From positions 705-64,704 of the forward strand of contig CAKPJK010000002.1 in NCBI GenBank assembly GCA_934162615.1: a stretch of DNA of 64,000 nucleotides, given 5' to 3'. The notes below the pieces were generated by a model. The model made no database searches. It saw nothing but the letters and a program-made list of their open reading frames with translations, and had not been told where the DNA came from. Both the position numbers and the translations under genes were made by a program. Shown one piece after another: positions 32,130 through 42,076 of this stretch (within the stretch, counting starts at the first letter, position 1; every line of letters starts with the position of its first letter). This DNA comes from an uncultured Clostridia bacterium. GTDB lineage: Bacteria; Bacillota; Clostridia; TANB77; CAG-508.

Positions 32130-33533
32130 ATGAAAAATATTTTATTGTGTAATAATGCTATGGACATAGGGGGAGTAGAAACGGTAATATTAAATCAAAT
32201 TACTGCTTTTACTAAAAAAGGATATAATGTCTATGTTTTAGCAGGAAAAGGTAAATACTCTAATAAAATAGAAGAACTTGGTGGAAAATTTATAGAATTT
32301 GATTACCCAGAAGAAAATGAAATAAATGAAGAAAGAGTAAAAAAAATAATTGAAATAATAGAAAAAAATAACATAACAGAAATCCATATACACAAATATC
32401 AATGTGTACCTGCGACAATGCTTGCTGCATTTATAACAAATACACCTTATTTTGCATATGAACACGGAATACGTGATACTAAAAAATATTATACATGGAA
32501 TTATCCTATTTATAAAATGTTATTTCCGATTTATTTTAAAAATGCATATAAAATAATAGCAATTACACCTAAAGTTGCTGAAATGACTCAGAAAGAATAT
32601 GATATAAAACCGGAAAAATATGAAGTAATACATAATGGAATAGATTTTGAAGAATACAAAAATGAAAATCCTGATTATACAGGAAGACTAAATAATATTT
32701 ATATAATTTCAAGAATTAGTGAAGAAAAGTTAGCAACATTAACAGAAGGTATAGATATATTTAAAAAAATATTAGAAAATAATAGTAATGCAAAATTATA
32801 TATAATAGGAAATGGAAAAGAAAAAGAAAAAATAATACGATATCTTGATAAACAACAATTATCATTTAGCGAAAATGATGAAGAAAATACAGTTAGTTTA
32901 TTAGGAGAACAAACAGATATACTAAAATATTTGAAAAAAGCAGATTTATTATTAGGAGTAGATAGGTGCGTGTTAGAGGCGATATCTGCAAAAATTCCAG
33001 CTGTAATTACAGGATATAATGGAATCAAGGGTTTAATCTCAAAAGATAATATGAATTTAGCTTTAGAGGAAAACTTTTCAGGAGATAATATGAAAACTAT
33101 TTCTATAGAAGATTGCTTTAAAGAAATATATAAATTAAAAGACAATAAAAAACAAATTATAGAAGAAAATTATATTATAGCCAGAGAAAAACTAGACTGT
33201 TATAAAAATTATATTAATATTCCAGAAAATACAAAAATTGAATTTGAATGGATGGAACTATTTAAATTAATTAAAAAACGTACAGATTTAATAGAAGAAC
33301 AATATGCTGATATTAAAGCAAAATATGAGTGGATTCAAAAAATAGAAAAAGATAATAATGATTTACGTGAAAAAATAGGGGAATTAGAAGAAAAAATAAA
33401 TATTAATTTGCAGGAAGAAAAAAAGCTCAAAGAAAAAAATGAAAAAATTAAAAAAGAATTAAATGAAGTATATAATAGTAAAAGGTGGAAATATACTGAA
33501 AAATTAAGCAAATTTTTTCATAGTGGAAACTAA
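32130..33533 (+). CDS. GT4-like glycosyltransferase with C-terminal coiled coil
   Basis: 467 aa. MDIGGVETVILNQ N-terminus and a Lys/Glu-rich heptad tail ending NSKRWKYTEKL. Paralogue of 48119..49502. Confidence 0.7.
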   Translation: MKNILLCNNAMDIGGVETVILNQITAFTKKGYNVYVLAGKGKYSNKIEELGGKFIEFDYPEENEINEERVKKIIEIIEKNNITEIHIHKYQCVPATMLAAFITNTPYFAYEHGIRDTKKYYTWNYPIYKMLFPIYFKNAYKIIAITPKVAEMTQKEYDIKPEKYEVIHNGIDFEEYKNENPDYTGRLNNIYIISRISEEKLATLTEGIDIFKKILENNSNAKLYIIGNGKEKEKIIRYLDKQQLSFSENDEENTVSLLGEQTDILKYLKKADLLLGVDRCVLEAISAKIPAVITGYNGIKGLISKDNMNLALEENFSGDNMKTISIEDCFKEIYKLKDNKKQIIEENYIIAREKLDCYKNYINIPENTKIEFEWMELFKLIKKRTDLIEEQYADIKAKYEWIQKIEKDNNDLREKIGELEEKININLQEEKKLKEKNEKIKKELNEVYNSKRWKYTEKLSKFFHSGN

Positions 33534-33565
33534 ATAAAATAAAGATAAGAAACGAGGTAAAATAA

Positions 33566-36500
33566 ATGTCTAATACTCAAATTGACAAAAAGATTTCAAT
33601 AATTATACCAGTATATAATTCAGAAGATTTTTTAAGAACATGTTTAGATTCATTAGTAAAACAATCTTATAAAAACTTAGAATTTATAATAGTAAATGAT
33701 GGTTCACCAAAAAACTGCAAAGAAATTGCAGATGAATACAAAGAAAAAGATAATAGAATAAAATATGTTGAGCATGAAAAAAATAAAGGTCTATTTCAAG
33801 CGAGAATAACAGGATTTGAAAATTCAACAGGTGATTATATTGCATTTTTGGATGCAGATGATTATGTATCAAATGACTTTTACAGAGAATTAGTAGTTAA
33901 AGCAGAAGAAACTAATTCAGATATAGTGGCTGCACAACTTGTTATGGATTATGGAAAGGGAGATAGAAGAGTATATAATTTATTTGAATTTCCATTTGAA
34001 GAATTAACTGGGGAACAATGCTACGAAGAGTTCTTTAATCAAGAAGGATTAAATTTTGCTTGGCATATTACTCCGAATAAGATATATTCAAGAAAAATAT
34101 GGGAAAAAGCAGTTATTGACTATAAAAAAATTCAAAAACATTTAATAATGACTGAGGATTTTGCGTTTGCCAGCGTATTATTTTATTATGCCAAAAAGGT
34201 TACTAAAGTAACTAGAGTAGCATTTTTCTATACAAAACATGATGGTGCATCTACATCTGTAAATGATATAACATTTAAAAAAGCTAGTAAAAACTTAGAA
34301 GATTTAACAACTTCATTTTCATTTGTAGAAAACTTTTTAAAAGAAAAAAATATATATGAAAAATACAGAACAAAATTTGAAAAATGGAGAGCATTATATT
34401 GCCAAATGCATAAATCTTACTTATTAAATTTAAACTTTAATAAAGAAGAAAAAGCACAATTAGAAACAAAATTTCAAGAATTTTGCCCTGTACAATTTGA
34501 AGTAAAAAACTCAGGATTCTTTAGTTCAGTTGAAACGCCATGGAATGATGGATTAGACAAATTAAAAGAAATAATTATGAATCCAAAAACTAAAATTGTA
34601 AGTTTTGATATATTTGATACTCTTATTACAAGGCCATTCTTATATCCAAAGGATTTATTTGTATTTTTAAATGATGACTATAGAAAACTATCTAATAATT
34701 TAGGAATTGATTTTTCAAAAATTAGAGAAGACTGTGAAGTTTTGGCAAGAATAGAAGCGGAAAAAGAAAAAAGAGAAGATGTTACATTAGATAGAATTTA
34801 TGAAATTATTAAAGAGGAATATGACATTTCATCTAGTACTATAGAATTTCTAAAAAGAAAAGAAATTGAACTTGAATTAAAATTCTGTAAAAGAAGAGAA
34901 ACAGCATATTCTATATATAAGTTAGCTAAATACTTAGGGAAAAGAGTTATATGTACTTCAGATATGTACCTACCTTTAGAAGTGATTCAAAATATATTGC
35001 AAAAAAATGGATATGAAGATATTGATAAAATTTACTTGTCAAGAGAAGTAATGAAATCCAAATCAACAGGACATTTATATGAATATATGATAAAAAGTGA
35101 GGGAGTAGAAGCACGTAATATAGTACATATTGGTGACAATTATAAATCAGATTTTGATAAAGCAAAAAAATATGATATAAGATCTGTATACTTCCCTAAA
35201 ACTACAGATATAATGTTAGATAAAAATAATACTAATAACCTATCTCAAATGTTATATTCAAGTATGCCATTTTGGAGAGACAATCAAACTTCTATGAACT
35301 TCATAGGTATAAGAACAATGATAGCTATTGTAGCTAACAAATATTTTGATAATCCATTTAGAATATTTAATAATGAATCAGACTTTAACATTGACCCTTT
35401 CTTGATTGGATATTATCTATTAGGAATGTATATGTTTGGTGTTGGAAATTGGCTATTAAGAGAAACGGAAAATAAAGGATATAAGAATATTTCTTTTATG
35501 GCAAGAGATGGATATTTACCAATGGAAATTTATAATATACTAAAAAAATATTATAAAAATGTACCAGAAGCAAAATATTTAAGAGTTTCTAGAAAAGCGT
35601 TGATATCAGCAATGATTATTGACAAAATAGATTTGTATAAATTAACAGATATTATAAACATTGATAACCATAATCCTAAATATATAATTAAATATGTAAA
35701 AGATAGTTTGAAAGATTACAAGGACGAAGAAATAAAAAATATTATAGAAAAAAACGGAATTAAATATGAAGAAGACATTAAAACAAAACAAAAATTCAAT
35801 AAGCTTGTAAAAATAATAATAAATGAATTATTTGACGAAGAAAAAAATAATAAAAAAACAAGAAAATTGAGAGAATACTTTGGGAAATATTTTGAGGACA
35901 GGTCTGCGACATTTGATTTGGGATATAGTGGAAGACCAGAATTATATTTATCTGTTTTATGTGGAAAACCTATAGACACATATTTCCTAAATATAAATCA
36001 AGATGAAGCAATTAAATATTCAAATGTGGCTGGATATAAATTGAACACATATTTTGATGCAAAACCAGCAGTTACAGGATTTGCGTATGAATCAATAATT
36101 TCCGAATTAGCACCATCCACAATAGGATATGATTTAACAGGAGAAGAGGTAAAACCTATTCTTGAAAAAAACAAAAAAACATATCAAGAAAAATGCATAA
36201 TCAGCATTATGCAAAATGCTGCTCAACAATTTGTACAAGATGTATTACAGATTTTTGGAGAAGAATATAAAAAATTATATTATCAAGATTATTATATCTC
36301 TTTACCATTTATGGCATATATAAATTCTTCAAAACCTATAGACATGCAAATGTTTAATTCTATTGGATTTGAAGATACTGTTAGAACAAAAGAAGTAAAA
36401 CCAATTACTGAAGACTGGCTAATAGAAAGAAAAAATAAAAATCAAAGAAATATGGATACTTTGAAAAATACAGGTAATATGCAAATTACAAATAACAGCT

Positions 36501-36628
36501 ATTTGAATTATAACAATGTTGTTGATTTAGAGCACCATAGCAAATTGGTAAGACTTATATTTTATATTTTATATGATAGACCAACATTTAAAAGAAGAAT
36601 GAGAGAAATCTTTAAAAAAGGGAGGTAA
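33566..36628 (+). CDS. large multidomain protein: GT2 glycosyltransferase, HAD-like domain and an uncharacterised C-region
   Basis: 1020 aa. ISIIIPVYNS, NDGSPKN and FLDADD (GT2), then VSFDIFDTLITRP (HAD motif I DxDxT) and HIGDNYKSDF (HAD motif IV-like). Confidence 0.75.
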   Translation: MSNTQIDKKISIIIPVYNSEDFLRTCLDSLVKQSYKNLEFIIVNDGSPKNCKEIADEYKEKDNRIKYVEHEKNKGLFQARITGFENSTGDYIAFLDADDYVSNDFYRELVVKAEETNSDIVAAQLVMDYGKGDRRVYNLFEFPFEELTGEQCYEEFFNQEGLNFAWHITPNKIYSRKIWEKAVIDYKKIQKHLIMTEDFAFASVLFYYAKKVTKVTRVAFFYTKHDGASTSVNDITFKKASKNLEDLTTSFSFVENFLKEKNIYEKYRTKFEKWRALYCQMHKSYLLNLNFNKEEKAQLETKFQEFCPVQFEVKNSGFFSSVETPWNDGLDKLKEIIMNPKTKIVSFDIFDTLITRPFLYPKDLFVFLNDDYRKLSNNLGIDFSKIREDCEVLARIEAEKEKREDVTLDRIYEIIKEEYDISSSTIEFLKRKEIELELKFCKRRETAYSIYKLAKYLGKRVICTSDMYLPLEVIQNILQKNGYEDIDKIYLSREVMKSKSTGHLYEYMIKSEGVEARNIVHIGDNYKSDFDKAKKYDIRSVYFPKTTDIMLDKNNTNNLSQMLYSSMPFWRDNQTSMNFIGIRTMIAIVANKYFDNPFRIFNNESDFNIDPFLIGYYLLGMYMFGVGNWLLRETENKGYKNISFMARDGYLPMEIYNILKKYYKNVPEAKYLRVSRKALISAMIIDKIDLYKLTDIINIDNHNPKYIIKYVKDSLKDYKDEEIKNIIEKNGIKYEEDIKTKQKFNKLVKIIINELFDEEKNNKKTRKLREYFGKYFEDRSATFDLGYSGRPELYLSVLCGKPIDTYFLNINQDEAIKYSNVAGYKLNTYFDAKPAVTGFAYESIISELAPSTIGYDLTGEEVKPILEKNKKTYQEKCIISIMQNAAQQFVQDVLQIFGEEYKKLYYQDYYISLPFMAYINSSKPIDMQMFNSIGFEDTVRTKEVKPITEDWLIERKNKNQRNMDTLKNTGNMQITNNSYLNYNNVVDLEHHSKLVRLIFYILYDRPTFKRRMREIFKKGR

Positions 36629-36634
36629 ACAAAA

Positions 36635-37375
36635 GTGAAAAAGGAAGAAGAATATGCAATAGAAGTACAAGATGTTTATAAGACATTTGATGTGTATTTA
36701 GATAAAGCGAATAGTATAAAAGAAAAACTTCTTTTTTGGAAAAGAAATAGAAAAGAAATAAGAGAAGTATTAAAAGGAATTAATTTAAATATAAAAAAGG
36801 GTGAAGCAGTTGCTTTAATAGGAGTAAATGGAAGTGGAAAATCAACATTGTTAAAACTTATGACAAAAATAATTTATCCTAATAAGGGAAAAATAATAAC
36901 ACATGGTAAACTAACATCATTATTGGAACTTGGTGCTGGTTTCCATGCTGACTTTTCAGGTAGAGAAAATATATATTTTAACGCCTCTATATTTGGATTA
37001 ACAAAAAAAGAAATAGATGATAGACTAGAACAAATAATAGAATTTTCAGAATTAAGAGATTATATTGATAATCCAGTAAGAACATATTCATCAGGAATGT
37101 TCATGAGACTTGCATTTGCTGTTGCAATAAATGTTGATGCTGACATTTTATTAGTTGACGAAATACTATCTGTAGGGGACCAACATTTTCAAGCAAAATG
37201 CATAAACAAAATGAAAGAACTAAAAAAAGAAGGTAAAACAATGGTATTTGTAACACATAGCCTTGGTTCTGCACAAGAATTATGTGATAGGTCTGTATGG
37301 TTAAGCAATGGAAAAATTAGAATGGATGGTGACACAAATACAGTTATTGAAAAATATATAGAAGAGACAAAGTAG
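36635..37375 (+). CDS. tagH: polymer-export ABC transporter ATP-binding protein (TagH/Wzt-like)
   Basis: GTG start behind GGGAGG. Walker A GVNGSGKST, signature YSSGM and Walker B ILLVDE. Confidence 0.88.
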   Translation: MKKEEEYAIEVQDVYKTFDVYLDKANSIKEKLLFWKRNRKEIREVLKGINLNIKKGEAVALIGVNGSGKSTLLKLMTKIIYPNKGKIITHGKLTSLLELGAGFHADFSGRENIYFNASIFGLTKKEIDDRLEQIIEFSELRDYIDNPVRTYSSGMFMRLAFAVAINVDADILLVDEILSVGDQHFQAKCINKMKELKKEGKTMVFVTHSLGSAQELCDRSVWLSNGKIRMDGDTNTVIEKYIEETK

Positions 37376-37389
37376 GAGGAATAGTAGTA

Positions 37390-38166
37390 ATGGGATTTTT
37401 TAAAGACTTGTATGAATATAGAGAATTATTAAAAACAAGTATAAGTAAGGATGTAAGAGGTAAATATAAAAATTCTATATTGGGAGTAATGTGGTCATTC
37501 TTAAACCCACTTTTACAAATTGCTGTTTATGCATTAGTTTTCCCACTTCTTATGAGAGGAGGAGGAATAGAAAATTATACAGTATTTATCTGTTGTGGAT
37601 TAATACCATGGACATTTTTCTCAACAGCAATATCAAGAACATCATTTACAATAATTGAAAATGGAAATATTGTAAAAAAAGTATATTTTCCAAGAGAAAT
37701 TTTACCAATATCAGTAGTTACGAGTGAGGCAGTAAACTTTATTATATCAACAATAATAATAATTGCTTTCGTACTTGGATATGGAGTTGGAATTAGTAAA
37801 TATATAATATTTTATCCAATAGTATTACTAGTCCAATATTTTTTACTAATAGGAATTTCTTTTATAGTTTCAAGTGTTACAGTATATTTTAGAGATTTAC
37901 AACACTTTATAGGAATTGCTTTGCAATTATTATTTTATGCAACACCAATAGTATATGCACCAGGACAAATACCAGAAAGTTTTCAATGGATTATTAAATA
38001 CAATCCAATGACATATATAATAAATGGATATAGAAATATATTCTACTACAAACAATCACCAGATTTTATAGCTTTAGGAATTGTTTTTGTAATTAGTATT
38101 GCATTATGTTTTATAGGATATTTTATATTCCATAAATTACAAAAGAAATTTGCAGAAGAAATGTAA
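37390..38166 (+). CDS. tagG: polymer-export ABC-2 permease (TagG/Wzm-like)
   Basis: 258 aa with six TM helices and an ABC-2 type N-terminus (LGVMWSFLNPLLQ). Adjacent to the ATPase gene. Confidence 0.85.
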   Translation: MGFFKDLYEYRELLKTSISKDVRGKYKNSILGVMWSFLNPLLQIAVYALVFPLLMRGGGIENYTVFICCGLIPWTFFSTAISRTSFTIIENGNIVKKVYFPREILPISVVTSEAVNFIISTIIIIAFVLGYGVGISKYIIFYPIVLLVQYFLLIGISFIVSSVTVYFRDLQHFIGIALQLLFYATPIVYAPGQIPESFQWIIKYNPMTYIINGYRNIFYYKQSPDFIALGIVFVISIALCFIGYFIFHKLQKKFAEEM

Positions 38167-38178
38167 AAAGGAGTTAGA

Positions 38179-39684
38179 ATGGATAAAATCAACAAATTAA
38201 AAGAATATATTATAAAAAATAAAATTAATATATGTATTTTTATAGGTATGTTATCATTTACATTTATAATATGCTGGAATTTTCTAAAACCACATTTTTC
38301 ACAAGATGCATATTGGGTAAATGCATATGGATATGATTATTATATAAAACATTTTCTTGCATCAAATAGAATATTTAGTGCACTTATTTTATGGATATTT
38401 TTAAAATTAGATATTCCATTTTGGAAAGAACTTTCTTGTATGGGTGTAATTTTAACTATTGTTATGGCAATATCTTGGTTTGTTTTATACAAATTTGTTA
38501 TAAAATTTATTAAAAAAGAAAAATCAATATTTTATAACATATTAATAGGAGCAATATCATTTATAATAGTCTTTAACTTTTGCACTGCAGAGGGATTGTT
38601 ATTTATTGAAGTAGGAACTATGCCATTTGGAATTTTATGTGCAATATTGGGTTCATGTATATTAGCAACTGATAAAAAATATAGATATGTAGTAAGTTTA
38701 ATTTTAATTACACTTTCTGGCCTTTTTTATCAGGTAACAAGCTCAATTTTTGTGTTACTTGCATTGGTATTAATTGCTATTAAAAATAAAGGAAATATAA
38801 AAGCGATTATAAAAGACACTATAATAATAGCCTTAATATATGGATTTGCAATGATTGTGAATTTCGCTGGTGTTAAAGTTTTTGATAAAGTATTAAATAA
38901 TCCATTTAGAAAATTTGAAATACCTTCAATAAGTATAATATTTGATACTATATACAAATTTGGTAAAGACATATTGATTTATAATATTGGAATAGGACCT
39001 AAATATTGGTATTTAACATTTATCATAGTTTTTACTATAATATTTATTATAAATGTAATTAATAAGAAAAAATATTTTATGATTCTTGAATATGTTGTTT
39101 TGGTAGTTTTAAGTGTATTAATACCACTAATACCAATACTTGCAACACCAGTTGAATCACAATATATAGAACCTAGAATGGCAATGTGCTTTGGAGCAAT
39201 TATTGGAATTCTTATTCTATATTTAGTAGTTAGATGTGAAATAGAAGAAAATAAAATACTTTTATCAATATTAACAATAATAGCGTTATTAAATTTTTGT
39301 GGAAATTCAATATATATGGTCGTTGCGTCATCAAATACATTAATTACAAATCAGACAGAAAAAACTATAGCAAAGCACATAATTAGTAAAATTGAAACTT
39401 ACGAAAAAGAAACAGGATATGAAATTAAAAATATTGGAACATGTTTTGACCAAAAATTTACTATGTATTATGAGGGACAGCCTGCACTAAGATGCTTTGA
39501 CGTAAGAAGTTTAGGAACAGATTGGACTGTTAAAGAAGTATTAACTGCGTACACTTCAAAAGCATATAATAATGTTGAGGTACCTGAAGACAAAAAAAAT
39601 AGATTTTTAGAAAATGATTGGGATTCATATAATGATGAACAACTTGTATTTGAAGGAGAAAATTTATATATTTGTATATATTAA
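38179..39684 (+). CDS. polytopic membrane protein, possible GT-C-type glycosyltransferase
   Basis: 501 aa with many TM helices and a soluble C-terminal ~110 aa. The function is inferred from context only. Confidence 0.45.
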   Translation: MDKINKLKEYIIKNKINICIFIGMLSFTFIICWNFLKPHFSQDAYWVNAYGYDYYIKHFLASNRIFSALILWIFLKLDIPFWKELSCMGVILTIVMAISWFVLYKFVIKFIKKEKSIFYNILIGAISFIIVFNFCTAEGLLFIEVGTMPFGILCAILGSCILATDKKYRYVVSLILITLSGLFYQVTSSIFVLLALVLIAIKNKGNIKAIIKDTIIIALIYGFAMIVNFAGVKVFDKVLNNPFRKFEIPSISIIFDTIYKFGKDILIYNIGIGPKYWYLTFIIVFTIIFIINVINKKKYFMILEYVVLVVLSVLIPLIPILATPVESQYIEPRMAMCFGAIIGILILYLVVRCEIEENKILLSILTIIALLNFCGNSIYMVVASSNTLITNQTEKTIAKHIISKIETYEKETGYEIKNIGTCFDQKFTMYYEGQPALRCFDVRSLGTDWTVKEVLTAYTSKAYNNVEVPEDKKNRFLENDWDSYNDEQLVFEGENLYICIY

Positions 39685-39755
39685 AGGACATAATTATTAT
39701 TAAAAGTAAAGTATAAATTGTTGATAAGAAAACTATAAAAAAGGAAAATTTTAAA

Positions 39756-39788
39756 AACACAAGTAAATAATACAACTTGTGTTTTTTG
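39756..39788 (+). terminator. rho-independent terminator ending the glycopolymer operon
   Basis: AACACAAGT ... ACTTGTGTTTTTTG. Confidence 0.7.
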
Positions 39789-39886
39789 TATTGAAAAATA
39801 AAAATTCTTATGGTAGAATTGTGTTAGTTATTAGAAGAATATACAAAAGAATGTCAAAATAAAAAGTATTACAAAGGGGGATAAAA

Positions 39887-42058
39887 ATGAAAAATACAAT
39901 AAGGGGAATAGCTATTAGTAGTTTACTAGTAATTGCAATAAGTATTTATAATTCTTGGGGATATTCAAGTACTGCAAATGGTGCAAATACAAAAACACAT
40001 TCAAATGGCATATATAAAATTGCAATAGGAAAATCTCCAACTAAAACATTTGAAATAGCAGGAAGTAATAAAGAAAACAATGCAAAAATTGATATTTGGA
40101 ATTATGGAAATGTACCTGCACAGAAATTTTATTTTGAATATCAAGATGGATATTATAAAATAACTGCAATGCATACAGGGAAAAGCCTAACTGCAAAAGA
40201 TAATAATGTAAAAGAAGGAACAGAGATAGTACAAGCAGATTATGCTGGAAATGATAGTCAAAAATGGCTATTAAGAGATACACACAAAAATGGTTGGATA
40301 ATATCTCCTTATAATAACCCTGATTTGGCATTTACTGTACAAAATCAAGTACAAAATGGTTCAAAGATAATTTTATCAAAAACAAAAAATAATGATAATC
40401 AAATGCTATATGTGTTTAATATCAATAAAGAAGAAGCCTATCAAAAAAATGGAATATATAGAATTTCAGTAGGAAAAACTCCAAGTAAAACATTTGAAGT
40501 AGCAGGAAGTAATAAGGAAAATAATGCTAAAGTTGATATATGGAATTATGGAAATGTACCTGCACAAAAATTTTATTTTGAATATCAAGATGGATATTAC
40601 AAAATAACAGCAATGCATACAGGAAAAAGCCTAACTGTAAAAGGTAAAAATATAAAAGACGGAACGGAAATTGTGCAAGATAATTACACAGGGGACCATA
40701 GTCAAAGATGGATTTTAAGAGATACACATAAAAATGGTTGGATTATATCTCCTTTAAGTAATCCAAATTTGGCAATAACAATACAGGGCAATATACAAAA
40801 TGGTTCAAAAATTGTTTTAGCTAATGTAAAAGATAATGACAACCAAATGTTATATTTGTATAATATAACTAATAACGAAAGAACTCATAAAGATGATACA
40901 TATAAATTAGCAATTGGAAAAGATTCAAATAAAACTATTGAGGTAGCAGGAAGCAGTAAAGATAATAATGCTAAAATAGATATATGGAATTATGGAAATG
41001 CTGAAGCACAAAAATATAAATTTGAATATATAAATGGATATTATAAAATAACTGCAAAACATACAGGAAAAAGTTTGACAGCTAAAAATAATGTTTTACA
41101 GGAAGGAACAGAAATAGTACAAGCAGACTATACTGGAAATAATAGTCAAAAGTGGCTCTTAAGAGATACACATAAAAATGGCTGGATAATATCACCTATA
41201 AGTAATCCAGATTTAGCAATAACAGTACAAGGCTCAATACAAAATGGTTCAAAAATTATATTGTCAAAAACACAAGATAATGATAATCAAATGCTTTATA
41301 TAATGGAGCCAATCAATAAAGGAATAAAAGAAGGGCTTTATGGAAAATCTGGGTTGATGTATAAAGGAACTGGTGGTTCATATTTAAAATATTATAAAAT
41401 AGGAACAGGAACAAAACACTTGATTCTAAACTATTCTATACATGGATTTGAAGACTCATACAGTAAAGATGGTTCTGAATTAACATATATGGCAAATGAA
41501 CTTTACAATTATTTAAAAAACAATATGTCAGACGACTTAATTCAAAAATGGACTGTATATATTTTACCACTTTCAAATCCTGATGGACAATATAGTGGAT
41601 GGACAAATGATGGACCTGGACGTACTACAGTATATAGTTGGGCAAATGGACATAAGGGAATTGATATGAATAGATGCTACCCAGTAGGATATACAAGCCT
41701 AAAATCAGATAGAAATTATAATGGTACAGAACCACTTCAAGCATATGAAGCACAATCTTTAAGAGATTTTATATTAAATAACACAGGTTCTCAAAATATT
41801 GTTATAGATGTGCATGGCTGGTTAAATGAAACGGTAGGAAATAATGAAATTGGAAGTATTTATAGAAATGAATTTGGAATTAGTAAGCATATAGATACAT
41901 ATGGTAAAGGATATTTAATTCAATGGGCAAGAACTATACCAAATACAAAATCTATGTTATTAGAATTACCAGAAGTAAAAAGTCATAATGAATTAGTAAA
42001 CAAAAAATATGTTAATAAATTTAATAGAGCTACAATTAATTTATTAAAGAAGTATTAA
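39887..42058 (+). CDS. secreted wall hydrolase: 3 ricin-type beta-trefoil lectin repeats plus an M14-like zinc peptidase domain
   Basis: Signal peptide, then three ~140-aa repeats with Q-x-W motifs (QKW, QRW). The C-domain carries IHGFE (HxxE), NPDG, DMNRCYP and VIDVHGW. Confidence 0.75.
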   Translation: MKNTIRGIAISSLLVIAISIYNSWGYSSTANGANTKTHSNGIYKIAIGKSPTKTFEIAGSNKENNAKIDIWNYGNVPAQKFYFEYQDGYYKITAMHTGKSLTAKDNNVKEGTEIVQADYAGNDSQKWLLRDTHKNGWIISPYNNPDLAFTVQNQVQNGSKIILSKTKNNDNQMLYVFNINKEEAYQKNGIYRISVGKTPSKTFEVAGSNKENNAKVDIWNYGNVPAQKFYFEYQDGYYKITAMHTGKSLTVKGKNIKDGTEIVQDNYTGDHSQRWILRDTHKNGWIISPLSNPNLAITIQGNIQNGSKIVLANVKDNDNQMLYLYNITNNERTHKDDTYKLAIGKDSNKTIEVAGSSKDNNAKIDIWNYGNAEAQKYKFEYINGYYKITAKHTGKSLTAKNNVLQEGTEIVQADYTGNNSQKWLLRDTHKNGWIISPISNPDLAITVQGSIQNGSKIILSKTQDNDNQMLYIMEPINKGIKEGLYGKSGLMYKGTGGSYLKYYKIGTGTKHLILNYSIHGFEDSYSKDGSELTYMANELYNYLKNNMSDDLIQKWTVYILPLSNPDGQYSGWTNDGPGRTTVYSWANGHKGIDMNRCYPVGYTSLKSDRNYNGTEPLQAYEAQSLRDFILNNTGSQNIVIDVHGWLNETVGNNEIGSIYRNEFGISKHIDTYGKGYLIQWARTIPNTKSMLLELPEVKSHNELVNKKYVNKFNRATINLLKKY
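40001..41311 (+). repeat. three tandem ~430-bp coding repeats (ricin lectin modules)
   Basis: The stretch GATATTTGGAATTATGGAAATG...TTTTATTTTGAATATCAAGATGGATATTA recurs at about 40090, 40530 and 40980. Confidence 0.8.
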
Positions 42059-42076
42059 TAGAAGGAGGTAAAATTA

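Noticed and set aside
33250-33533. Apparent A-rich repeats at the 3' ends of 32130..33533 and 48119..49502
   Set aside because: They are Lys/Glu-rich coiled-coil coding sequence of low complexity, not true tandem DNA repeats.
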